DNA of 58,762 nucleotides from positions 1 to 58,762 of the forward strand of contig JANLFS010000005.1 in assembly GCA_024655925.1 (NCBI GenBank), read 5' to 3'. The position numbers and the translations under genes were made by a program. The notes under the pieces were generated by a model. That model was not told the DNA's origin. It saw only the letters and a list, made by a program, of their open reading frames with translations, and did no database searches. The stretch's first letter is position 1; each line of letters opens with the position of its first letter. Below, in pieces: positions 48,748-58,095 of the stretch. This DNA is from Bacillota bacterium. Its GTDB lineage: Bacteria; Bacillota; DTU025; JANLFS01.

Positions 48748-50081
48748 AGGCGAGACTCGTGATCGGGAACGCAGTCGTCCTGACGTTGGGCGAAGAGCCG
48801 AGGGTGATAGAGAACGGGGCTGTGGCCATCTCCGGCGAATTCATCGTGGACATCGGGACCACGGCTGAGTTGAGGCAGAGATACCCGGATGCCCGATTTA
48901 CGGGAGTTGACGGGAAGCTAGTGATGCCCGGCATGACCTGTACTCACATGCACCTGTACAGCACGTTCGCCCGGGGGATCCCGCTCCCTGGCGAACCCGC
49001 CAGGACTTTCGGGCAGATACTGGAAAGACTTTGGTGGCGTCTGGACAGAGCGCTGGGCCCTGAGGACGTATGGATGAGTGCTGTCATGCCCTTGATCTGG
49101 TGTGTCAAGAACGGGACCACCACCATACTGGACCATCACTCCAGCCCGAACTGCATCCCGGGGTCGTTGGACATCATCGCTGACGCGGTCGAAAAGACCG
49201 GCATCAGGGCTTCTCTCGCCTACGAAGTATCCGACCGTGACGGGGCGCGAGCGACAAAGGAGGGCATCGCCGAGAATCTGAGGTTCATCGAAAGGTGTAA
49301 CCGGACGAAGTCCACCCGCCTGCGCGCGACCTTTGGGCTGCACGCGTCGTTTACGCTTTCCGACGAAACACTCAGAAGGTGTGCTGAGCTTTCCGAGGCG
49401 CGGGAAGCGGGGTTCCACATTCACACGGCCGAGGGCATTGAGGACCTTGTGGACAGCGTTCGCCATCACGGTATGCCAGTGGTGAAGCGACTGGACGGTT
49501 TCGGGATTTGGAACAAGAAGGCGCTGGCGATCCACTGTGTTCACGTTTGCCCGGAGGAGATGGAGATCCTTCGGACAAGAGGCGCGAACGTGGTGCACAA
49601 CCCGGAGTCCAACATGGGCAATGCCGTGGGGGTTGCCCCGGTCCTCGAGATGATCAAGCGGGATGTGACTGTGGGGATGGGGACCGATGGGTACACCACC
49701 GACATGTTTGAAACCATCAAAGTGGCCAACTGCCTGCACAAACTCAAGGAGGCAGACCCGCAGGCCGCCTGGTCAGAAGTCCCGGCCATGGCCTTTTCCA
49801 ACAACTCTCGCATCCTTGCGAAGTACTGGCAAACCCCCTTGGGCGTTCTGACCCCAGGTGCTTATGCCGACCTCATAGTGGTGGATTACAGGCCGCCGAC
49901 ACCCATGACCGAACACAACTGGTACAGCCACATCCTCTTTGGCGTATCCGGAGGGATGGTTGACAGCACCATGGTGGGAGGGAAGTTCCTCATGAGACGG
50001 AGGAAGCTCACCACCCTGGATGAGGAGGAGATGGCTGCCAGATCCCGTGAACTTGCGAGGAGACTGTGGGATAGGTTGTAG
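48744..50081 (+). CDS. ssnA: SsnA-family aminohydrolase (amidohydrolase superfamily)
   Basis: Resembles E. coli SsnA as I recall it: MPGMTCTHMHLYS, LWWRLDRAL (identical), ILDHHSSP, FHIHTAE, VHNPESNM, GTDG. ATGA overlap with the previous gene. Confidence 0.8.
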   Translation: MKARLVIGNAVVLTLGEEPRVIENGAVAISGEFIVDIGTTAELRQRYPDARFTGVDGKLVMPGMTCTHMHLYSTFARGIPLPGEPARTFGQILERLWWRLDRALGPEDVWMSAVMPLIWCVKNGTTTILDHHSSPNCIPGSLDIIADAVEKTGIRASLAYEVSDRDGARATKEGIAENLRFIERCNRTKSTRLRATFGLHASFTLSDETLRRCAELSEAREAGFHIHTAEGIEDLVDSVRHHGMPVVKRLDGFGIWNKKALAIHCVHVCPEEMEILRTRGANVVHNPESNMGNAVGVAPVLEMIKRDVTVGMGTDGYTTDMFETIKVANCLHKLKEADPQAAWSEVPAMAFSNNSRILAKYWQTPLGVLTPGAYADLIVVDYRPPTPMTEHNWYSHILFGVSGGMVDSTMVGGKFLMRRRKLTTLDEEEMAARSRELARRLWDRL

Positions 50082-50116
50082 CAGGAAGAGTTGCAGAACA
50101 AGCAAGGTGATGGGGA

Positions 50117-50145
50117 CCCCGGTCATGCGGACCGGGGTGTTTCCA
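50117..50145 (+). terminator. putative terminator after ssnA
   Basis: CCCCGGTC-ATGCG-GACCGGGG followed by TGTTTCC (weak U-tract). Confidence 0.4.
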
Positions 50146-50161
50146 TCTATTTCGCCTTCAG

Positions 50162-50190
50162 TTGACCGCAGCCGGCCGAGGTGATATACT
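50162..50190 (+). promoter_or_regulatory. sigma-A promoter of the LuxR-type gene
   Basis: TTGACC - 17 nt - TATACT. Confidence 0.55.
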
Positions 50191-50231
50191 CATACTACCA
50201 ATAACGGAGATTTTTGGAAGGAGGGCCCCGC

Positions 50232-50705
50232 ATGTATGAGTCCACGCCAGACCCTGGGCCGGGAGTCGAGCCTCGCCCCATCGCTTGTGTGATGGAAGCG
50301 GCGCTGAGGCCGCTGCCCGAGTCCGGACACGACATATCAGCTTTGGTCGCTGCAGGGCTCGGTGGGCTAGAACCCTTACAGCCCGGTTCGCCGGGGCGAG
50401 GCCGGGGGATCATTCTCTTGTACATCAACCCACCTGCAGTCCGGGGTGGCTCGGACGTTCAGGTTGTGGAGAGGCCGGGTAAGGCTTCTGCCCCCTGTCT
50501 GGATATCCTGCGTCCGAGGCTCACCAGAGCTGAGAAAACCGTCATGGCCCTGCTCGCGGAGGGCAAGACGAACCGTGCGATCGCGCGGGAACTCTTCATC
50601 TCGGTCAATACGGTTAAGACCCATGTGCGCTCGATCTTTCAGAAGTTGGGTGTGGGGACCAGAAGCTCCGCGGTGCGAAGGGCTCTCGAAGCAGGACTCA
50701 TCTGA
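50232..50705 (+). CDS. LuxR/FixJ-type HTH regulator without a receiver domain
   Basis: The C-terminal LTRAEKTVMALLAEGKTNRAIARELFISVNTVKTHVRSIFQKLGV is a GerE/LuxR HTH. The N-terminal ~95 aa are Pro/Gly-rich with no recognisable domain. ATG at 50232 behind GGAAGGAGGG. Confidence 0.75.
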   Translation: MYESTPDPGPGVEPRPIACVMEAALRPLPESGHDISALVAAGLGGLEPLQPGSPGRGRGIILLYINPPAVRGGSDVQVVERPGKASAPCLDILRPRLTRAEKTVMALLAEGKTNRAIARELFISVNTVKTHVRSIFQKLGVGTRSSAVRRALEAGLI

Positions 50706-50849
50706 TCCTCACACGGGCGCATTCCGCCTCACAATTCACCCGTTCAGGCAATGGTAGTGGATTCGACGTGAATGGTATGATTTGCCTGCAAGCACCACCG
50801 CGCTGGAGGGCCGTCACCCGTGGCGCGCAACGGGAGGAGGTGAGCGGGA

Positions 50850-50951
50850 GTGTTCAGGGTTCTCGCAGGTCGCAAGGCCCGGGTCAACGTCTCCATCAAC
50901 AGCTTCTGCATCTCGTTTCCACTCTGGGGGCACTTCATAACGATCGGATGA
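50850..50951 (+). CDS. candidate RiPP precursor peptide (33 aa); not in the ORF track
   Basis: GTG start 9 nt after GGGAGGAGG. Translation: MFRVLAGRKARVNVSINSFCISFPLWGHFITIG. Third codon positions are mostly G/C, like the real genes here. It lies immediately upstream of the RRE-containing radical SAM gene, with a hairpin between them. Confidence 0.4.
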   Translation: MFRVLAGRKARVNVSINSFCISFPLWGHFITIG

Positions 50952-50984
50952 CTTCCCAGAGGGACCTCCACTCCAACCAGGCTC

Positions 50985-51016
50985 GGCGGGGGCCGTTTCG
51001 CGCACTGGTCCCCGCC
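50985..51016 (+). promoter_or_regulatory. 10-bp GC stem-loop between the candidate precursor and the radical SAM gene
   Basis: GGCGGGGGCC-12 nt-GGTCCCCGCC (one G-U pair), followed by a pyrimidine-rich CTCTTCTT. A possible attenuator or processing site. Confidence 0.4.
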
Positions 51017-51047
51017 CCCCAACACTCTTCTTGTGAGGTGTGGCGCG

Positions 51048-52370
51048 ATGGACGAACCCCAGACAGTATGGACTCTCCATCCCGGCGCCAGGGTCATCAA
51101 ATCGGAGTCAGCGTGGCTTGTGATGAACCCAGGGCTCGGAACATGGGCCAAGCTGTCGCCAGTGGCAGGGGCTGTGTGCCAGAATGATGCTGGAGAGGAC
51201 CTCCCAACCCTCGTGAATCGGGTCAGTACTGCTTTCGGGGCCTCAGGGGACGAGATACAGGGCTTCGTGCGGGACATGGCTGCGCGGGGATTGATATCTT
51301 GCGCCCCGACCGTCGCTCGGGCGGAGGAGGTCGCCCCGAGGCCCAAAGTGTTCCTGTCTGTGTGTGAACGCTGCAATCTTGCCTGCACCACCTGCTACCG
51401 AGGAGACCTATCAGGCCGCGATGCTCCAACCGAGGTTGCCCTGGACACCATGAGCAGGATTGTAGAGTTGCGTCCACGGGAGTTGGTTCTGACAGGGGGC
51501 GAGCCCTCTCTCAGGGACGACCTTCCTGACCTGCTCGAGATGGCACGGTCCGTCGCCCCTATGGTGACCCTGGCCACCAACGGCACTTCTATATCTCCTG
51601 CCCTCGCGCGGGCCATCGCCAGCTTCGACATCCGGGTGCAGGTGAGTATCGACTCCTCAGACCCCGGGGAGAATGACCGCGTCAGAGGCCCGGGTTCATT
51701 CGCGCGTGCCCTGGGTGGACTCGCCACATTGGCACGGGCGGGTGTCGCTTCCATAGAGCTTGTCGCCACCATGGTGGACCCAGCCACCTTCGACCCGGAC
51801 CGCCTGACCTCTCTCGCCCGGGAGTTCGGGGCGGGTTTTCATTCAAGCCTTTTTATGGAGGTGGGCAGAGGGCGGTGCACACCCAGGCACTCCAGGAGAG
51901 AACCGTCAGCTTTTGCCCGTGCCTTGCTGTCCTACCTCCTGCGCGCGTACCGTGCTGGTCTCATTCCAGCTGGGGCCAGTCTTGACGACGTTCTGGGGAT
52001 TGTGCCGAGGACCGCCTGTGGGGCGGGGACCCTCATTCTTGCCGTGTCTGCCTGGGGAACGGTGTATCCGTGTCACCTGCTCATGTCGGACGAGTTCGGT
52101 GTATCCTTCGACGAGGTCCTCTCCTGTGCTGGGGCCGGGTCGCCCTGGAGTATCCCCGGTGTCGACTCTTTGAAAGGATGCTCGGAGTGCAAGGTCAGGT
52201 ACCTGTGTGCGGGCGGCTGCAGGGCCTCCGCCCTTGCCGCAGGAGACTTGGCCGGCCGGGACCCGATGTGCGAGTCCTACCGTGCCTTCCTGGAGGCCGT
52301 CGTATGGCCCTGGGACGACTCTCGGGGGACAGAGGAAAACCTCAAACACGCCTGGGCGGCCTTACAGTGA
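51048..52370 (+). CDS. radical SAM/SPASM peptide maturase with an N-terminal PqqD-like RiPP recognition element
   Basis: aa 1-95 follow the PqqD/RRE pattern (LHPGARVI..SAWLVMNP..GTWAKLSPVAGAVC...LVNRVSTAFG...IQGFVRDMAARGLI). CNLACTTCY is CxxxCxxC. The SPASM region reads CGAG..GTVYPCH...CSECKVRYLCAGGC...CESY. Confidence 0.8.
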   Translation: MDEPQTVWTLHPGARVIKSESAWLVMNPGLGTWAKLSPVAGAVCQNDAGEDLPTLVNRVSTAFGASGDEIQGFVRDMAARGLISCAPTVARAEEVAPRPKVFLSVCERCNLACTTCYRGDLSGRDAPTEVALDTMSRIVELRPRELVLTGGEPSLRDDLPDLLEMARSVAPMVTLATNGTSISPALARAIASFDIRVQVSIDSSDPGENDRVRGPGSFARALGGLATLARAGVASIELVATMVDPATFDPDRLTSLAREFGAGFHSSLFMEVGRGRCTPRHSRREPSAFARALLSYLLRAYRAGLIPAGASLDDVLGIVPRTACGAGTLILAVSAWGTVYPCHLLMSDEFGVSFDEVLSCAGAGSPWSIPGVDSLKGCSECKVRYLCAGGCRASALAAGDLAGRDPMCESYRAFLEAVVWPWDDSRGTEENLKHAWAALQ

Positions 52371-53068
52371 GTTCCGCGTGGCTCTACGGGGTTCTTGGGC
52401 TGTCAGTGGCGTCCCGGGCCCTTTGCGGCAGGCGTGGGGGGAGCACTCAGGTGGACGGCGGGGATGTGCTTCTCGGGTTAATCATGTGTCTTACGTGGGC
52501 CGCGACAGGCTCAGACCCTGGTGCCGTCTGGAAAGTGACCGGAACCCATATTGGCCGGGCGCACATTGTGAGGTGGGGGCTGGTCGCGTTGGTCATGTTG
52601 GTGACGAACGAGTGCATTCACATCTGGCTAACACGGCGGCACGGTCGCTGGATGGTGAGGGCCGGCGTCAACCCCGGCGGCGCTTACCTCGCGCTCAGGC
52701 ACCTCTCGACGGGGCGTGCCGCCCTTCTTGGGCTGCTGTTCACCTCCTCCGGTGCATTCCTCGAGGAGTTGCTGTTTCGAGGGATCATCTCGGAGGCGGT
52801 CGAGACTGTGGCTGGGCACGGTGCCGCCCTGATCGGGCAGGCTTTACTGTTCGGTGCGGTCCACTGGCTTCCCATGGCTGTCCGGCGTGCCCCCGGGCCG
52901 GTAGTGGTGTACGCGACCTTGATGCCCACCGCAGCCGGAGTGGTCCTCGGGTTCATCGCGCACCTGGAGGATAGCCTGATGGGGCCCTGGGTTATCCACT
53001 GGAGTCTGAACTACGGGGCGCTTCTGATCGCGGTATCGCGAAGGGCAAGTGAGCGCGCCTCGGCGTGA
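52367..53068 (+). CDS. CPBP-family (CAAX/Abi) intramembrane glutamic protease
   Basis: GTGA overlap with the radical SAM stop. Multiple TM helices. Motif 1 FLEELLFRG (EExxxR), motif 2 LLFGAVHW (FxxxH), and a later HWSLN. Confidence 0.75.
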   Translation: MSSAWLYGVLGLSVASRALCGRRGGSTQVDGGDVLLGLIMCLTWAATGSDPGAVWKVTGTHIGRAHIVRWGLVALVMLVTNECIHIWLTRRHGRWMVRAGVNPGGAYLALRHLSTGRAALLGLLFTSSGAFLEELLFRGIISEAVETVAGHGAALIGQALLFGAVHWLPMAVRRAPGPVVVYATLMPTAAGVVLGFIAHLEDSLMGPWVIHWSLNYGALLIAVSRRASERASA

Positions 53069-53126
53069 CGGTCCCATCGACTGCTTGAGGGCAGGTTGGA
53101 GCGGTCCAGGGGAGGGGGAACAGAAG

Positions 53127-53387
53127 TTGCACATTGGCCAGGTGTTTGCCATGCTGGGTAGGGCTTTCCTCGACCGGGCTCGGCACGCGTCCGACCGTGC
53201 CCGCCGTGAGCGGTTGGCCTGGAACGCATGCCGTTCCTTCTCGATGGCGTGGGCGTTGGGTGATTCGTCGCCGTCTGTGCCCAGAGGCCTTGTGGAGGCG
53301 GCAGGCATTCTGAGCGGTTCGCACCAAGGTTCTGCGGCATGGCAGAAGAAGGATTATGGGAACAAGCTGTCGAATGAACAATTATAG
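53127..53387 (+). CDS. hypothetical 86-aa protein
   Basis: TTG start 8 nt after GGGGAGGGGG. Helical and Arg-rich with no motif. Codon bias weakens toward the 3' end. Confidence 0.3.
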   Translation: MHIGQVFAMLGRAFLDRARHASDRARRERLAWNACRSFSMAWALGDSSPSVPRGLVEAAGILSGSHQGSAAWQKKDYGNKLSNEQL

Positions 53388-53441
53388 CAGCTTTCGGCAC
53401 CAACTCCACGATAAGTCTAGGGTTGAGGGGTTGTCGCGTGG

Positions 53442-55651
<2,210 letters not shown>

Positions 55652-55666
55652 CGGGACGGTGTTGAG

Positions 55667-56326
55667 ATGCAGCGCGTCGCCATAATGGGCGGGACGTTCG
55701 ATCCTATACACTACGGCCACCTCGTGACGGCAGAGGAAGCCTTCTTTCGCTACTCTCTCAACCGCGTGGTTTTCGTTCCTTCCGGCCAGCCCCCTCACAA
55801 GCTCGGACAGCGAATATCCTCCGCAGCTGACAGGTACATGATGACAGTACTTGCTACCATGTCCAATCCGCATTTCGAGGTGTCTTCCATTGAGACGGAC
55901 AGGCCCGGCCCTTCCTACGCCGTCGACACAGTGCGGGCATTCCGCGAGCTGTATCCCGACGACACCAAACTCTATTTCATTACCGGTGCGGACGCCATTC
56001 TCGAAATATTCGGGTGGAAAGACGCGCATACTCTTCTTCAGTTGTGCGATTTCGTCGCAGCCACGAGGCCAGGCTACACCCTCCCCGTGGATAGAGTTGA
56101 GGAGACCTTCGGGATCTACGCCTCTCGCATTCAATTCTTCGAGGTTCCAGCCTTGGCCATATCATCCACTGATATCCGCAGGCGAGTGAGAGAAGGACGG
56201 CCCATACGGTACCTGCTTCCTGAGAGTGTGTCCAACTACATCTACAAGGCTGGCCTGTACCAGGACGAACGAAACGCCGGCCCTGCGCATAACGGCCATG
56301 ACCGCGCGGCACACTACGATCGATAG
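55667..56326 (+). CDS. nadD: nicotinate-nucleotide adenylyltransferase
   Basis: GGTFDPIHYGHL, PSGQPPHK, ISSTDIRRR. Confidence 0.9.
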   Translation: MQRVAIMGGTFDPIHYGHLVTAEEAFFRYSLNRVVFVPSGQPPHKLGQRISSAADRYMMTVLATMSNPHFEVSSIETDRPGPSYAVDTVRAFRELYPDDTKLYFITGADAILEIFGWKDAHTLLQLCDFVAATRPGYTLPVDRVEETFGIYASRIQFFEVPALAISSTDIRRRVREGRPIRYLLPESVSNYIYKAGLYQDERNAGPAHNGHDRAAHYDR

Positions 56327-56338
56327 CGAGGTGCTGGC

Positions 56339-56596
56339 ATGAGCAAGACACTCTATGTCGGGAATCTTCCGTGGGCGTTCAGCGAGCAAGAACTCGAGCA
56401 GGTTTTCTCGCCCTATGCCGAGGTGATCGCGAGCAGGATCATAACGGACCGTGAGACTGGCAGGTCTCGCGGGTTCGGGTTCGTCGAGGTCGCCAACGAT
56501 GACGTAGAGCCCATCATCAGGTCTCTCGACCGCACCCTTGTGGGGGGCAGGGAGATAACCGTGAACGAGGCTAAAGAGAAGCCCGGCAGAATCTAG
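56339..56596 (+). CDS. RRM (RNP-1/RNP-2) RNA-binding protein
   Basis: RNP-2 LYVGNL and RNP-1 RGFGFVEV. Confidence 0.85.
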   Translation: MSKTLYVGNLPWAFSEQELEQVFSPYAEVIASRIITDRETGRSRGFGFVEVANDDVEPIIRSLDRTLVGGREITVNEAKEKPGRI

Positions 56597-56712
56597 CCCT
56601 TCAAGGTACAGAGGCATCGCCTCCCGGGATGGAACCCCAGGGGGCGATGTGCTATTATGTGGTGTATGGTTGTTGCTCTTGTACCGGCGGAAGGCAGGTG
56701 GGCGGGCACAGG

Positions 56713-57330
56713 GTGTCCAGGGACGAGATATGTCGGCGACTTGCTTCCATGGTGACTCCTTCCCGTTACCAGCACTCACTCAGGGTGGAAGAAGAGGCAC
56801 GCCGTCTCGCGCTCCGGTTTGGGGCGAATGAGGAGGTCTGCGCACTGGCAGGTTTGCTCCACGATTGCGCAAGGGATCTCCCCCATGAGGAACTCCTGGC
56901 TCAGGCCCGGGCGTTGAGCCAGGCGAAGGTGGACACCAGGCTCTCCGATCCAGTGTTGCTCCATGGGATTGTCGGTGCCCATCTCGCGATGGAGAGTTTC
57001 GGTGTGTGCGACAGTCGTGTGTTGCAGGCAATCGGCCTGCACACCACGGGCGGGGTTTCCATGTCCAGGGAGGACAAGGTGGTCTGTCTGGCGGACTACA
57101 CGGAACCCGGTAGGGCTTTCCCAGGGGTGGAATCGATCCGCAGGGCCGCTCAGGAGGATCTGGACACTGCCTTACTCCTTGGGTTCGATTGCACAATAAG
57201 GCATCTGATCAACACAGGCAGGCAGATCGACCCTTCAACGGTGCTCGCGAGAAACGCACTGCTCGCCTCGGTGGAGAGTAAAGGCTACCAACGTTGCCAG
57301 CTGAGGAAGGCCGGAGGGGAGAGCGAATAA
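56713..57330 (+). CDS. yqeK: HD-domain bis(5'-nucleosyl)-tetraphosphatase YqeK
   Basis: RYQHSLRV, AGLLHDCARD, GLHTTG, and its position between nadD and rsfS. The GTG at 56713 is preferred over the listed 56629. Confidence 0.8.
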   Translation: MSRDEICRRLASMVTPSRYQHSLRVEEEARRLALRFGANEEVCALAGLLHDCARDLPHEELLAQARALSQAKVDTRLSDPVLLHGIVGAHLAMESFGVCDSRVLQAIGLHTTGGVSMSREDKVVCLADYTEPGRAFPGVESIRRAAQEDLDTALLLGFDCTIRHLINTGRQIDPSTVLARNALLASVESKGYQRCQLRKAGGESE

Positions 57331-57719
57331 TGCCACTTGCCGCCGAAGCACATGCACGGGCCGCGGCCCAGGCTGCGATCGACAAAAAGGCGGAGGACAC
57401 TGTGGCCCTGGACATCTCCGGGGTATCGCTCATGGCAGACTTCTTTGTCCTTTGCAGTGTTCGTACACAGGCACACGCAAGGGCGGTGAGGGAGGAGGTG
57501 ACCCGTGTCCTGGAAACCCAGGGGCTCACCCTCAAGCACCGGGAGGGCTCAGACGATTCCGGGTGGGTGCTGATGGATTGGGGTGACGTAGTGGTGCATA
57601 TCTTCGGTGAAACGGAGCGGCGCTACTACGATCTGGAGCGCCTGTGGGGGGACGCCCCTGTACTCGATCTGGAAGGAACATATCACGAAGCAGGTCAGGG
57701 GGTTGACGCGTCCGACTAG
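57330..57719 (+). CDS. rsfS: ribosome silencing factor RsfS
   Basis: AIDKKAEDTVALDISGVSLMADFFVLCS, W.LMDWGDVVVHIF, RRYYDLERLW. TAATG overlap with yqeK. Confidence 0.9.
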   Translation: MPLAAEAHARAAAQAAIDKKAEDTVALDISGVSLMADFFVLCSVRTQAHARAVREEVTRVLETQGLTLKHREGSDDSGWVLMDWGDVVVHIFGETERRYYDLERLWGDAPVLDLEGTYHEAGQGVDASD

Positions 57720-57731
57720 GGCCGGTATAAT
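57703..57731 (+). promoter_or_regulatory. sigma-A promoter of the T-box/tRNA leader
   Basis: TTGACG - 17 nt - TATAAT, overlapping the rsfS 3' end. Confidence 0.6.
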
Positions 57732-57932
57732 CAAAGCTGACTTGAAAATAGGAAACGGAAACGCTATGAAGAGGAGCAGTAGGGCCTGACGGGCTCCAAG
57801 AGAGCCGGAGGAGGGTGCGATCCGGCAGCCTCGAGGTTCCAAACTCGCCTCGGAGCGGCGCGGGTGAACTTCTCAGTAGCTCGCGACGGGACTCACCGTT
57901 ATACGGTTTCAAAGATGCGCCACGCATTTAGT

Positions 57933-58008
<76 letters not shown>

Positions 58009-58061
58009 TTCTCATGTATGGGTGGCGTGCGTACCAGGGTGGTACCGCGAACAGAGATTCG

Positions 58062-58091
58062 CCCCTGGCAGTTGATCTGCCAGGGGTTTTT
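58062..58091 (+). terminator. T-box expression-platform terminator
   Basis: CCCCTGGCAG-TTGAT-CTGCCAGGGG + TTTTT. Its 5' arm CCCCUGG is shared with the antiterminator helix (CCAGGG...CCCUGG). Confidence 0.85.
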
Positions 58092-58095
58092 CTGG

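Noticed and set aside
50768-51187. 139-aa plus-strand ORF spanning the LuxR-maturase intergenic region as the RiPP precursor or another gene
   Set aside because: It overlaps the maturase start by 140 nt in another frame, has no RBS and is Arg/Gln/Ser-rich. The 33-codon ORF with a strong RBS is the better candidate.
58027-58031. GUGCG as the group II intron 5' end, which would make the intron swallow the T-box and terminator
   Set aside because: The surrounding bases form a 14/14 T-box sequence with a canonical antiterminator and terminator. The block-by-block correspondence with the Oceanobacillus IIC intron (recalled from memory) starts at GUACGCCUGGCAUGG (58096), and IIC introns characteristically sit just after terminators.
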